Source: a virus (Duplodnaviria; Caudoviricetes). From it: a DNA stretch of 64,000 bases. Below the pieces are notes generated by a model, which was not told where the DNA came from, ran no database searches, and was given only the letters and a program-made list of their open reading frames with translations. The stretch spans positions 44,555 to 108,554 of the IMG/VR virus record IMGVR_UViG_2690316366_000001. One strand, written 5' to 3'. Shown one piece after another: positions 1-10,281 of this stretch (the stretch's first letter is position 1; each line of letters opens with the position of its first letter). The position numbers and the translations under genes are program-made.

Positions 1-2
1 CT

Positions 3-542
3 GCCCAAGCCGCCCTCGATTCCGCGAACCTTTCACGTATTCGCAACGCGCAGGCAGAAGCTGCCGCGCAGAACGAGGTCAATAACACCGCGAAGAATAA
101 GTTGCGCGGGACATACGCCCAGACCCAGGCGCAAGGCCTGCATAACGAAGCTGCCAAGCTGGCGCTGGATCTCGTCGAGGGCGGTGACGAAGCCATCGAC
201 GAGTTTTGCGAGAAGGTCCGGAAGGCAGGCGTCTACGTCGGGTATCTCGGCAAGGTGCTTAGCCCGAGACAGTTCGAACTGTTCGGCATGGCCGGCGTCG
301 GCCCGACGCCCGAGGACGAGAGGGCAAAGCTCGAGGGCCGCGCCGCCGGCTTCCGTCTCGATAGCGAGCCCGGCTCGAAAGAAACCGACAACCCATACGA
401 AATCGGCTCGCTCAAGGGACAGGCGTGGCTTTCCGCATTCCGCGATGCGCGCTCGGAGCGAGATCACGTCCTGTCGATGCCGGCGCCTGCGACCGAAGGC
501 GAGAAGGGTGGAGCCAGCGATGCCGAAGAGGGCAAGGCCTGA
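3..542 (+). CDS. Phage hypothetical protein, 5'-truncated; C-terminal NPY...AWL motif reminiscent of Rmf-like phage proteins
   Basis: Frame is open from position 3 to TGA at 540-542; co-oriented with the operon. Confidence 0.6.
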   Translation, partial: AQAALDSANLSRIRNAQAEAAAQNEVNNTAKNKLRGTYAQTQAQGLHNEAAKLALDLVEGGDEAIDEFCEKVRKAGVYVGYLGKVLSPRQFELFGMAGVGPTPEDERAKLEGRAAGFRLDSEPGSKETDNPYEIGSLKGQAWLSAFRDARSERDHVLSMPAPATEGEKGGASDAEEGKA

Positions 543-594
543 TTGAGGCGACCGGCAGCAATTCCGCAGCCGGTAAACGTCAAGGAGAGAGACC

Positions 595-783
595 ATGAAG
601 AGTAAGCCGTTCCTGTACGAGCTCAAATCGACCGTGAAGATGGTCGAGAGCAACGAGCAGGGCACTGTGATCGGCCGTGCCGAATATCTCAGCCATGCCA
701 ACAGCTATCTCGTCCGGTACCGGTCTGGCGACAACCGGCAGACCGAAGCGTGGTTCGACGAGTCCGCGATCGAGGCGGCGTGA
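595..783 (+). CDS. Small phage hypothetical protein (62 aa)
   Basis: AAGGAG RBS upstream; tightly packed in operon. Confidence 0.7.
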   Translation: MKSKPFLYELKSTVKMVESNEQGTVIGRAEYLSHANSYLVRYRSGDNRQTEAWFDESAIEAA

Positions 784-788
784 CCACA

Positions 789-1361
789 ATGAAGATCCTG
801 GGCTTAGATATCGCGACGACAACGGGCATCACGCTGCTCGACGGCGATCGCTATGTCTTTGCCCGGGCATTCCATTGGGACGGCAAGAATTCAGGGCAGG
901 TGTTCCGGCATTTCCGGAAGACGCTATACCAGATCATCCAGGACAACGCGGTCAAGTACGTGGCTGCGGAGGAACCGCTTCGTACCGATATCGAGCTCAA
1001 GGGCAAGCCGACCGAGGAAAACCCGGAGCCGGAGCCAACCCGGCCTCCGATGAAGACGTTCCAGCGGATCTACGGTCTGTGCGCGATCGCCGAGGAAACC
1101 TGCGCCGCCCATGACGTCCCGTTCATTTACGTCAATCAAGGCACTTGGCGGAAGGCCTTCACCGGCAGCGGCCGCGCGACCAAAGACACGTCCCTCGGAT
1201 TCGCGCAACTGATCGACAAAACCATCACCTCATACGACGCCGCCGAGAGCCTCGGCGTGGCCTGGTGGCTGCGCGGCCACCTCGATCCGCACTTCGCAGC
1301 GCCGCGCGGCGACCTCTTCGAACCGACACTCACCCCATCTCGAAAGGAGACCCCGTTTTGA
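789..1361 (+). CDS. RuvC-like Holliday junction resolvase
   Basis: MKILGLDIATTTG N-terminal RNase H strand, VAAEEP, WRKAFTGSGRATK and D-AA-E-S-L-G motifs. Confidence 0.85.
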   Translation: MKILGLDIATTTGITLLDGDRYVFARAFHWDGKNSGQVFRHFRKTLYQIIQDNAVKYVAAEEPLRTDIELKGKPTEENPEPEPTRPPMKTFQRIYGLCAIAEETCAAHDVPFIYVNQGTWRKAFTGSGRATKDTSLGFAQLIDKTITSYDAAESLGVAWWLRGHLDPHFAAPRGDLFEPTLTPSRKETPF

Positions 1362-2470
1362 AAGCCGTCATGGAACAAGCCGCGCTCGCAAAGCTGCTCG
1401 GCCGCGTCGCGCGCGCCGTGGAGCAGCGCAACACCATTCCAATCTTGAGCAACGTCCTGATCGATATCAGTCAGGATAAGTTGAGCGTCAAGGCCACCGA
1501 CCTTGACCTCGAGGTCATCGACTCGATCAGCGCCGAGGTGGCCGAGAAAGGCAGCACGACGGTGCCGGCCAGGCTCTTCCATGACATCGTCCGGAAGATG
1601 CCCGCCGGCTCGCAGGTGGTGCTGGAGCAGACCGGGGACTCTACTGCAATCGTCAAGTCGGGCCGCTCTCGGTTCACGCTCCAGACCTTGCCGGTGAGCG
1701 ATTATCCGAACCTCTCGGCCGATGACCTCAATGTCAGTTTCACCGTCGCCGGGAAGGATCTGCGGCGGCTGGTCGATCGGGCGGCGTTCGCGATCTCGAC
1801 GGAAGAGACCCGCTACTACCTCAACGGCATCTATCTGCATGCCGTGAAACAGGGGAATGTCGCGACCCTGCGAGCGGTCGCCACCGACGGGCATCGCCTC
1901 GCCCAGGTCGAGTATCCCTTGCCGGAGGGCGCAGAGGACCTAAAGGGGATCATCGTGCCCCGGAAAACGGTCGGCGAAATCACGCGTCTCTTTGACGCTG
2001 GCGAGAACGAAATCCTCGTCGAGGCCTCCAGCAGCAAGATCCGATTCTCGGGCAGCGACCTAGTGCTGACATCGAAGCTGATCGACGGCACTTTCCCGGA
2101 CTACGGTCGTGTGATCCCGGTCAACAACGACAAAAAGATCGCGGTCGTCTGCAAGGACATGCTCGCCGCCACGGATCGCGTTGCCACGATCTCCAGTGAG
2201 AGAGGCCGCGCCGTGAAGATGACCCTTGGTGCCGGCAAGATAACCCTTAGCTGTCAAAACCCGGACGCTGGCACGGCCACCGACGAGTTGGAGGCCGAGT
2301 ACGCTGGGGACGGAATGGATATCGGTTTCAACAGCCGGTACCTGCACGACATTTTCACGCAGATCCAGGGCGATACCGTGAAGCTGGATCTCGGCGACCC
2401 GGGTTCGCCGGCGCTGCTGCGCGGCACCGACGAGTCGATCCTCTACGTCCTCATGCCGATGAGGGTGTAG
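1358..2470 (+). CDS. dnaN: DNA polymerase III beta sliding clamp (phage copy)
   Basis: RNTIPILSNV, ATDLDL, STEETRYYLNG, VATDGHRLA, SKLIDGTFPDY, GFNSRYL and C-terminal YVLMPMRV; TTG start after AAGGAG. Confidence 0.95.
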   Translation: MKAVMEQAALAKLLGRVARAVEQRNTIPILSNVLIDISQDKLSVKATDLDLEVIDSISAEVAEKGSTTVPARLFHDIVRKMPAGSQVVLEQTGDSTAIVKSGRSRFTLQTLPVSDYPNLSADDLNVSFTVAGKDLRRLVDRAAFAISTEETRYYLNGIYLHAVKQGNVATLRAVATDGHRLAQVEYPLPEGAEDLKGIIVPRKTVGEITRLFDAGENEILVEASSSKIRFSGSDLVLTSKLIDGTFPDYGRVIPVNNDKKIAVVCKDMLAATDRVATISSERGRAVKMTLGAGKITLSCQNPDAGTATDELEAEYAGDGMDIGFNSRYLHDIFTQIQGDTVKLDLGDPGSPALLRGTDESILYVLMPMRV

Positions 2471-2473
2471 CCG

Positions 2474-2701
2474 ATGGCGATCATCAAGCACGATGAGCGC
2501 AAGCTGGAAGCCGAACTGCTGCGCATTTTCAGAAGTCACGGCGTGCCGGCGCTGAACATCGAGGGCCTTCAGCACATTGGTCTGATCTCCGTCCGACAGG
2601 TCGGAGACAAGGGCGGCCCATATGTGCCGGGCGCGCCCCCGAATTCGGCGGCGATCGCGGTACCGACGCTGGTGCGGGACATCTTGGAGGCGCTGAGTTG
2701 A
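2474..2701 (+). CDS. Hypothetical protein (75 aa)
   Basis: Fills the gap between dnaN and the methyltransferase; overlapping stop/start. Confidence 0.6.
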   Translation: MAIIKHDERKLEAELLRIFRSHGVPALNIEGLQHIGLISVRQVGDKGGPYVPGAPPNSAAIAVPTLVRDILEALS

Positions 2702-4623
2702 GCCGCCGCAAGATCCTCGTTGCTGACCTTCTCTGCGGCGCCGGTGGTTCGTCCACCGGCTGCGCGCGGGCTCTCGCTGAGCTCGGGCTCGAGATGGAAT
2801 TGGTCTGCGTCAATCATTGGGGCGTCGCGATCGAGACGCACAAGAAGAACCATCCGCTCGCCCGCCATTATTGCGAAGATATCGCCGCGGTGCGTCCGCA
2901 CATTATCGTGCCGGAGGGATATCTCGACCTGCTGATGGCGTCGCCGACGTGCACCCATCACTCCGTCGCGCGCGGCGGCAAGCCGACTTCGGACCAGCAG
3001 CGCTCCGACCCGTGGCACATCATCACCTGGCTGACCGAACTTCGCGTCAAGCGGCTGATTATCGAGAACGTCTGGGAATTCGTGGGGTGGGGCCCGGTCG
3101 ATCCGCGCACCGGCAAGCCGATCAAATGCCGGAAGGGCGAGTATTTCGCGCTCTGGATCGACACCATCCGCCGGCTGGGTTTCGACCCCGAATGGCGAAA
3201 GTTGAACGCCGCCAATTACGGCGACGCGACCACCCGGCAGAGGTTCATCCTGAAGGCGCGCATCGACCGCAAGATGGTCGCCTGGGCGCCGCTGACCCAT
3301 GCCAAGAGGGCCGAAGATACGTTGCTGTTCCCGGGCATGAAGCCGTGGAAGCCGGCCCGCGAAATCATCGATTGGGACATCAAGGGCCGCTCGATCTTCG
3401 ACCGGAAGAAACCCCTCGCGCCGAAGACGCTGGCCCGCATCTACGCCGGCGCCGTCAAGTTCAAGTGGCCTGAGCCGTTTCTCGTCGTCCTGCGCAATCA
3501 CATGGGCGGCCGGAGCCTGGACCAGCCGCTGCCGACCGTCGCGGCCAACGGCACTCACATCGCGCTCGCCGAGCCGATCTTGCTGAAGCAGAATTTCAGG
3601 CGGGATGCGCAGTGCGTCAATGACCCGGCGCCGACCGTGATGACACAGGCTCGAATTGGGCTCGCCGAGCCGCTCGTCCTGGCAACCGGTAGCGGCGCGG
3701 CCCGTCCGACGAACGATCCGTTACCCACGATTACCACCGGCGGCGCTGGATCTGATGACCCCGGCTGCGCGCGGCCGATGCTGGTCGAGCCGTTCATCCT
3801 CAACCGCCACGGCGACGGCTATGCCGAGTCTCGGGCGCATTCGCTGGGCGATCCGGCGCCGACCGCAAACTGTGACGGTGGCGGGTACCTGGTTGAGCCG
3901 TTCATGCTGTCTCGTCATGCCGGCGGAGCGCCGCGATCGGTCGACGACCCGACGCCGACCCAGGTCGCGAAGCAGAGCCACGTCCTGATATCGCCGTACT
4001 ACGGTTCGGGATCCGGAGAGACCTGCAAAAGCGCCGAGGAGCCTCTGGACACCGTCACGTCGAAGGGGCGCTTCGGCATGGTGGTGCCGGTCACCCATAC
4101 CCAGGGCGGCAATGTGGCGCGCGATCTCGGAGAGCCGCTGCCGACGCTGACGACGGCGAAGGGCGGCGAGTTCGCCATGGTCATGCCGGTCACCCATCAC
4201 GATAACAGCGACCGCGTCAGGGACCTGGCCGAGCCGATCCCGACCGTCACGACAGCCAACCGCGGCGAGCTCGCCTTCATCGCGGCCCAGTTTGGCGAAC
4301 GGGCAGGGCAGGCACCACGGGTGCACGACATCGCCGGGCCGACCCCTGCGATCACTGCCACGGGCCACATCAACCTCGTCGAGGCGACCCCACAGTACGA
4401 CATCCTCTTCCGAATGCTTGAGCCGCACGAGCTCGCCGCGGCAATGGGCTTCAACGAAGATGAAGCCGAGTACGAGTTCGCTGGTACCAAGACCCAGAAG
4501 ATCAAGCAAATAGGGAATGCCGTTTCGGTTTCGCTGATGAAGGCCGAGGTCTCCGCGATCATGTCGGATGCCGCCGTCTTGTCCAAAGTTGAGTCGCCGG
4601 CGAAACGTCGCGCGAGTGCCTGA
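2698..4623 (+). CDS. C5 DNA cytosine methyltransferase with internal repeats
   Basis: DLLCGAGG (motif I), ASPTC (IV), IENV (VI), RQR (VIII), QIGNAV (X); repeated P-(L/A)-PT units in the variable region. Confidence 0.9.
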   Translation: MSRRKILVADLLCGAGGSSTGCARALAELGLEMELVCVNHWGVAIETHKKNHPLARHYCEDIAAVRPHIIVPEGYLDLLMASPTCTHHSVARGGKPTSDQQRSDPWHIITWLTELRVKRLIIENVWEFVGWGPVDPRTGKPIKCRKGEYFALWIDTIRRLGFDPEWRKLNAANYGDATTRQRFILKARIDRKMVAWAPLTHAKRAEDTLLFPGMKPWKPAREIIDWDIKGRSIFDRKKPLAPKTLARIYAGAVKFKWPEPFLVVLRNHMGGRSLDQPLPTVAANGTHIALAEPILLKQNFRRDAQCVNDPAPTVMTQARIGLAEPLVLATGSGAARPTNDPLPTITTGGAGSDDPGCARPMLVEPFILNRHGDGYAESRAHSLGDPAPTANCDGGGYLVEPFMLSRHAGGAPRSVDDPTPTQVAKQSHVLISPYYGSGSGETCKSAEEPLDTVTSKGRFGMVVPVTHTQGGNVARDLGEPLPTLTTAKGGEFAMVMPVTHHDNSDRVRDLAEPIPTVTTANRGELAFIAAQFGERAGQAPRVHDIAGPTPAITATGHINLVEATPQYDILFRMLEPHELAAAMGFNEDEAEYEFAGTKTQKIKQIGNAVSVSLMKAEVSAIMSDAAVLSKVESPAKRRASA

Positions 4624-5433
4624 ATGGCAAAGCCGAAACCATTCGCCTCCGAAGTCGAACTGTGCAAGCGGTTCATCTCCTCGCTGCCCGAGGGATGGAC
4701 CGCTTACGCCGAGTCCTGTGGCTGGGACATCCTGCTGGTGCGGGATGCCGACGGCTTCCAGATTGGCGTCGAGGCAAAGCTCCGGCTCAATACCGAGGTG
4801 ATCAGCCAGGCGCTCGAGGAGTATGGTGCTTACTCCGCTGATCGCGAGGGGCCGGATTGTCGCGGTGTGCTCGTCCCCGCGGACTCGCAAGGTGGGTTTG
4901 ACCGCATCTGCGATTACATCGGTCTCACCATCATCTATGTTCGGTCGGAGGAGCAGGTCGAGGCCAAGAAGACTTACTACGGCTATAAGCCTAGGGTCTT
5001 CGAGCCGCCATTGCCCGGCGATCCGCACCGCGGCAGCAACAGTAACTGGTACGAATGGGCTCCGGCCAAGCGTCACACCTTGCCGGATTATGTGCCGGAC
5101 GTTGATGCCGGCGCGCCATCACCGGTGCAACTGACAAGCTGGAAGATCGCGGCGATCAAGATCGCGATCATCCTGGAGAAGCGCGGCTTCCTCGTCCGTG
5201 CCGACTTCAAGCACATCAATATCGATCACCGCCGTTGGCTGCCTTCCGGCGCCGGCTGGCTGGTGCTCGACAATGGAGTGTACCGCGGGGCGCCAGGCTT
5301 CCCGGATTTCAAGGCGCAGCACCCGCGCGTATGGGACCAGATAGCCGCCGACTTCGAGCGCTGGAAACCCACCGATCCGCTGGCCCCGCGGCCGGCCGCT
5401 AAACCTGTGCCGAAGCAGGAGACCTTGCTGTGA
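4624..5433 (+). CDS. Hypothetical protein, possible PD-(D/E)XK nuclease-like fold
   Basis: WDILLV...IGVEAK motif; operon position. Confidence 0.55.
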   Translation: MAKPKPFASEVELCKRFISSLPEGWTAYAESCGWDILLVRDADGFQIGVEAKLRLNTEVISQALEEYGAYSADREGPDCRGVLVPADSQGGFDRICDYIGLTIIYVRSEEQVEAKKTYYGYKPRVFEPPLPGDPHRGSNSNWYEWAPAKRHTLPDYVPDVDAGAPSPVQLTSWKIAAIKIAIILEKRGFLVRADFKHINIDHRRWLPSGAGWLVLDNGVYRGAPGFPDFKAQHPRVWDQIAADFERWKPTDPLAPRPAAKPVPKQETLL

Positions 5434-5780
5434 AACGGATCGGCTGCTGCATTCCAGGTTGCGGGCGCACCTTCAAGCGCGAGGCCGGCGACGCCGAGGG
5501 TGTGATGATCATGTGCGGTCGTCACTGGCATATGGGCGACGTCGCCATGCGGAATCGCCACAAGCAGTTGCGCGCGCGGGCGAGGTGGTTCCAGCGCCGC
5601 TATGACAAGCGCGGCAACGCAATCGAGCGGTCGCCGAAGCGCGCCAAGTTTTTCAACGCATGGAGGCGGACATGGACCGAATGCAATGCGCTCTTTGAGC
5701 GGATAAAGGACGACGTCGCGATCAAAGCGTCATTCGGCGCCGAGGACGCGCCGCGCCGCCGGCCGAAGGTTGAGGCATGA
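5430..5780 (+). CDS. Hypothetical protein with N-terminal Cys/His (zinc-binding) motif
   Basis: CCIPGC...CGRHW; overlaps neighbours by 4 nt. Confidence 0.6.
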   Translation: MKRIGCCIPGCGRTFKREAGDAEGVMIMCGRHWHMGDVAMRNRHKQLRARARWFQRRYDKRGNAIERSPKRAKFFNAWRRTWTECNALFERIKDDVAIKASFGAEDAPRRRPKVEA

Positions 5781-6868
5781 CGCGCGAAGACACCGCCGAG
5801 ATCAAGAAGCGGCTGAACGAGCAGTTGGAGCGCGTCCTTGACCATTTCTGGAAGGGGTACAAGACGCGCGGCAAGATCGCGTATCCCACTCCCGGCGTCA
5901 GAGGCGACCTCGGTTCGTTTCAGGTCTATCTGGGGACAGTCGGTAAATACGCGCGCGGGTCTTGGGTGCGGAGCTCGGCCAGCATCGGAGGCGACGAGAT
6001 CAATCTCTTCGCCTACGGCCTGACTGGAAGCCATCGCGCCGACGCTGAGGTGTTCGATCGCGCCCGTGAATTCGTCGGGCTCGATCGCGCCCGGGAGGAG
6101 ACACCAGAGCAGCAGAGACGGCGAGAGGACAGAGCAGCCGAGGCCGCGGCGAAGCGGGCCGCAGACGACCAACGCGCCGCCGAGCACGTCCAGGCGCGCC
6201 AGCACACCGCCGCAGAGATATGGCAGCAGGCCGTCCCGATCGCCGGCACGCATGCAGAGGCCTATCTGCTGGCCCGTGGCATCCCTGTCCCGCCCTGCGG
6301 GTGGGATGAGTGTCTGCGCTTTCATGGCCGGGTGATATACGACCTCGATGACCGGCTATCCTTTCCCACGCTGGTTGCCCGCGTCGATGACGTCTTCGGC
6401 GACCTGACCGCGATCTGGAAAGTCCACCTCGATCCCGCAAAAGCGGCGAAGGCTCCCGTCAACAAAGCCAAGATTGGCGCTGGTGCGGCTGCCGGCGGCG
6501 CCGTGCGGATCGGCGGCGTAGCGGCTCATATAGGCCTCGGCGAGGGGCTGGAAACCTGTCTCGCCGCGCGCGCGCTGATCAAGTACCGACGCCCGGTATG
6601 GGCGGGCCTCAGCACCAGCGGCGTCGCCGGGCTCGAGCCGCCGATCGAGGTGGAGCGGATCACCTCGTTCCCGGACGGCGACAAGCCGTGGCGGCGCCAG
6701 GACGGTGAGCTCATCCTGGCCGAGCCCGCCGGTCGCGCCGCGGTGCGGAAGCTTCATGAACGCATGGTCGCAATCGGAAAACTGCACGACAGCCAGCCGG
6801 AGCCGCGCATGCGGACCGACTATCTCGACATCTGGAATGCGCGGCGACGCGTGGAGGCCTCAGCTTGA
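5777..6868 (+). CDS. Toprim-domain primase-like protein (DUF7146/Toprim type)
   Basis: AEAYLLARGI, LRFH, GGAVRI, GEGLET, VWAGLS, FPDGD motifs. Confidence 0.85.
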   Translation: MTREDTAEIKKRLNEQLERVLDHFWKGYKTRGKIAYPTPGVRGDLGSFQVYLGTVGKYARGSWVRSSASIGGDEINLFAYGLTGSHRADAEVFDRAREFVGLDRAREETPEQQRRREDRAAEAAAKRAADDQRAAEHVQARQHTAAEIWQQAVPIAGTHAEAYLLARGIPVPPCGWDECLRFHGRVIYDLDDRLSFPTLVARVDDVFGDLTAIWKVHLDPAKAAKAPVNKAKIGAGAAAGGAVRIGGVAAHIGLGEGLETCLAARALIKYRRPVWAGLSTSGVAGLEPPIEVERITSFPDGDKPWRRQDGELILAEPAGRAAVRKLHERMVAIGKLHDSQPEPRMRTDYLDIWNARRRVEASA

Positions 6869-8187
6869 CGGTTCGAATTCTCAATGGTGATTGCCGGGCC
6901 GTCGTCCGGCTCCTGCCTTCCAACTCGGTGCACGCCTGCGTCTGCTCGCCGCCGTACTTCCGCCTCCGCGACTACAAGATGGCTGGCCAGATCGGGCTCG
7001 AGAACTCGCCGGAGGCCTATATCGCGGAGCTCGTCGACCTCTTCCGGGAGATCCGGCGCGTTCTGCGGGATGACGGCTCGCTCTGGATTAACATCGGCGA
7101 CTGCTATGCAGGATCCGGCCGTGGCGGCAATCCGGCGGCGGCGTCATCGACGCTTCTCGGCACTTTGCAGTCACAGGAAGCGTCGATGGTGGTCCGACAG
7201 AACTGGGAGATTGGTGCCAGCTCGAGGACCGCGGCGCAGACCGAGCGCGGCAGCCGCTTGCCGGCCGGCATCCAGGCGAAAGCCCAGGGTGACGGCGCGA
7301 TCGGGCGAGCATGGGAGCCGCCGCCGGGCGGCTTGAAGCAGAAAGACCTGATCGGCATCCCGTGGATGCTGGCGTTCGCGCTGCGCGCGGACGGCTGGTG
7401 GCTGCGCAAAGACAACATTTGGGCCAAGCCAAATGGCATGCCCGAAAGCACGCGGGATCGGTCGACCAGCGCGCACGAATACGTCTTCCATCTCACGAAG
7501 TCGGAGACATATTACCACGGCTATGAGGACGTCAGGCTGCCAGCGGCGCCGGAGTCGGTAACACGTCTTGCGCGCGCTATGCGCGACCGCCTCGGCGCAG
7601 AGGATGGCGGCCTTGTTGTCAGCGGCGGCGGCTACGCGCCTGATGGGCAGCCGCCGCACGCAGGCGCGCGCAAGCGCGATCGCCAGCGAGGGCACGGGCG
7701 GCGCCATGCCGGCTTCAACGATCGCTGGGACGGCATGTCGGTGGCCGAACAGCGCGCCAACGGCGCGGCTCTTCGGTCTGTCTGGTGGGTCGCGCCGGGC
7801 GGCTTCAATGACGAGTTCTGCACCGGTTGCCGGCGGTTTTACGCGAGCGCCGACGTCGGGAGGCTCCGAACTGAGAAGGTCGAGCGGGACGGTCGCAAGT
7901 TCACGCTCCGATATTGCGAATGTGGTTCGCATCAGGACTGGCTGAACCATTTCGCGGTGATGCCGCCGGAGGTCGCAGCGGTTTGCATCCTGGCCGGCGT
8001 ACCGCCTGGCGGTACCGTGCTTGATCCCTTCGCGGGCGCCGGCACCACCGGACTGGTTGCGGATCGGCTGCAGCGCGACGCCATCCTGATCGAGTTGAAC
8101 GCTGACTATGCCGAAATGGCGGCCAGGCGCATCAGTGCCAGCCACCCCATGCTGACCTCTGTTGAGCTCGAGGCGGTGTCCGCATGA
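6865..8187 (+). CDS. DNA amino-methyltransferase (N4-C/N6-A, beta class)
   Basis: CSPPY catalytic motif near the N-terminus, IWAKPN, HEYVF, HFAVMP, VLDPFAGAGTTG. Confidence 0.9.
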   Translation: MTVRILNGDCRAVVRLLPSNSVHACVCSPPYFRLRDYKMAGQIGLENSPEAYIAELVDLFREIRRVLRDDGSLWINIGDCYAGSGRGGNPAAASSTLLGTLQSQEASMVVRQNWEIGASSRTAAQTERGSRLPAGIQAKAQGDGAIGRAWEPPPGGLKQKDLIGIPWMLAFALRADGWWLRKDNIWAKPNGMPESTRDRSTSAHEYVFHLTKSETYYHGYEDVRLPAAPESVTRLARAMRDRLGAEDGGLVVSGGGYAPDGQPPHAGARKRDRQRGHGRRHAGFNDRWDGMSVAEQRANGAALRSVWWVAPGGFNDEFCTGCRRFYASADVGRLRTEKVERDGRKFTLRYCECGSHQDWLNHFAVMPPEVAAVCILAGVPPGGTVLDPFAGAGTTGLVADRLQRDAILIELNADYAEMAARRISASHPMLTSVELEAVSA

Positions 8188-9614
8188 GCAAACGCCCCGC
8201 CGCCGCGCCCAATAGGCCGACCCAAAATGTCCGGGCTGAGGAAGCCATCATCGGAAAAATTTTGGGGTCGGCCGAGACTTTCTGGGCCGTCTCGGATCGC
8301 GTGTCGGCGGACCAATTCACGCTGCACCACCACCGCCTGATCTTCTCCGCCGTGGAGGACTGCTGCGTCAACGGTGCCGGGCCCGCCCTGTCGCTGCTCG
8401 AGTCCAAGCTGCCGACCGAATTCGACGGCGTCGGCGATACCGAAGCTGTGCTCCAGATCCTGATCGAGAAAGCTGCCGACGTCAGCAGCGCGCTGGATTT
8501 CGTTGACGATATTGTGCTGGCATGGCGGGAACGCGCGCGGATCGAGCTCGGCAAGGTTGCGAGCGCTCCAAATAAGACCTTCGACCAAACCCGGCAGGAC
8601 ATCGACGACCTGCTCCGCGTCGTCGACGATCATGACCGGGTACGGCATGCCGTCAGCCTGGCCGACGCCGCCGGGACTGCCATGATCAAGGCGGCCGAAG
8701 CCTACGAGCGCCGCGGCAGGCGCGCCGTCGGCGTGCTTACCAAGATCCCGGAACTGGATGAAGTGCTCGGACCCATCGTCGGCGGCACAACCGTCACGCT
8801 GGCCGCGCCATCCGGCCACGGCAAATCGGCGTTAATGGCTCAGATCCTGCGGGACAACGCCGGGCCATCGCTGGATGATACGAGCATTTTCCCGGGGTTC
8901 TCGCTGAGCCTCGAAATGTCTGCGGAGCAGATTGCATATCGCGACATTGCGTCGCTATCCGGCGTCGCGGTCAAGAAGCAGATCAGCGGCGACTTCAACC
9001 AGAAGGAATTCCTGGACATCCGCCGGGCGAAGGAGCAGCTCGAGTCGACCAAGGTCTGGGTCCAAGACCGTAGCCGGATGACGATCAAGCAAATCGGCAA
9101 TGAATTCCGGAAGGCGAAGCGCCGGTACGGTGTGAAGCAGTTTTGCATCGACCACCTGAAGCTGGTCGAGCCCGAGCAGGAGCATTGGAACGTCGTCCGT
9201 ACGGTCGAATACGCCTCGGCCTACACCAAGGATCTCGCGAAGGAGCTCGACGGCGTTGTCTGGCAACTCGCGCAACTGACTCGTGAGGGACAGCGCGCAC
9301 CCAGCTGGAAATTCGGAAGCGGCGACATCTACGGTGGCGGCCTCATCGTTGAGAACAGCGACATCATCATCGGCCTGACAATTCCCAAGATTTGGCTCCG
9401 CGACAATGAGCCAGAGCCTGCCAGCGAGGAAAACCCGAAAGGACGAGAGCAGCGCGACCGTTGGCTTCGAGAATGGGAGATTTGGAAGGAGAAGGCGGCC
9501 TTTGCTGTCTTCAAGAACCGCAGCGGCACCGGCAGCAAGTGGAAGGAGGTCGACTTCAATGGACCGCGGATGCTGTTCGGGGGTATCGCAAATAGAGAGG
9601 AGATACCCTTTTGA
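8184..9614 (+). CDS. dnaB: DnaB-like replicative helicase
   Basis: Walker A APSGHGKS, SLEMSAEQ, IDHLKL, LAQLTR, KNRSG. Confidence 0.88.
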   Translation: MSKRPAAAPNRPTQNVRAEEAIIGKILGSAETFWAVSDRVSADQFTLHHHRLIFSAVEDCCVNGAGPALSLLESKLPTEFDGVGDTEAVLQILIEKAADVSSALDFVDDIVLAWRERARIELGKVASAPNKTFDQTRQDIDDLLRVVDDHDRVRHAVSLADAAGTAMIKAAEAYERRGRRAVGVLTKIPELDEVLGPIVGGTTVTLAAPSGHGKSALMAQILRDNAGPSLDDTSIFPGFSLSLEMSAEQIAYRDIASLSGVAVKKQISGDFNQKEFLDIRRAKEQLESTKVWVQDRSRMTIKQIGNEFRKAKRRYGVKQFCIDHLKLVEPEQEHWNVVRTVEYASAYTKDLAKELDGVVWQLAQLTREGQRAPSWKFGSGDIYGGGLIVENSDIIIGLTIPKIWLRDNEPEPASEENPKGREQRDRWLREWEIWKEKAAFAVFKNRSGTGSKWKEVDFNGPRMLFGGIANREEIPF

Positions 9615-9877
9615 CAAACGTCACTTAATCCCGGATCGGGTTTCGGCCGAGATTGGCACTCCGCAGAGGGCTCGCAGGGTGCAGCCAACGGGCTCGGCCA
9701 ATAGGCCGGCCCCACTTCGATGTGCGCGATCGACAGAGACCACAGTCAGTTCGTGGGCAGCAGGATATAAGCTATTCAAGTTGGGTTCATGTCCGCTGGG
9801 TTATGAGCATTCAGCAACTTCCACCCGATTGAAAGTTGCGCTAGAGTTCCAGAATTACTCGCTTTAAAGGAGTAGTT

Positions 9878-10249
9878 ATGAAACGTCTCGGTATTGTTTT
9901 GTGCATTGCGAGCATCGTTGGACTGGCCAGCGCAGCGTCAGCGAAAGATCAATTCACTTACCTAGAAGGCAAGTGGACGCCAGTTACAGGCGATGACATT
10001 GGCGACTCCATCTGGTTTCACGAGAGTTTTGGTGGATGGGACGCAAACATCGCCTGGTGGGGGCAGACGGACATAAGCCGCTCGAATGGATATCGCGGTT
10101 CGCACATCAAGGTTGAGGGTCGAGCCGGAGACCGATGCTATTACTATGTAAGCCCGATAAACAAAAATAGGATGGCCTGGAATTTGAGATTTGCTGAGTC
10201 TGGCAACTGTCCTCGCTCGATTGTATTGGAACGTGACCCACTGCCGTAA
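9878..10249 (+). CDS. Secreted hypothetical protein (moron, lower GC)
   Basis: AAGGAG RBS, signal peptide MKRLGIVLCIASIVGLASAASA, AT-richer codons. Confidence 0.75.
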   Translation: MKRLGIVLCIASIVGLASAASAKDQFTYLEGKWTPVTGDDIGDSIWFHESFGGWDANIAWWGQTDISRSNGYRGSHIKVEGRAGDRCYYYVSPINKNRMAWNLRFAESGNCPRSIVLERDPLP

Positions 10250-10281
10250 AGACTTGCCAGTAGTTTCGATCAGGTACATCG

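Noticed and set aside
1358-2470. dnaN as host chromosomal gene marking a prophage boundary
   Set aside because: Translationally coupled to phage genes on both sides, with no dnaA, recF or gyrB context.
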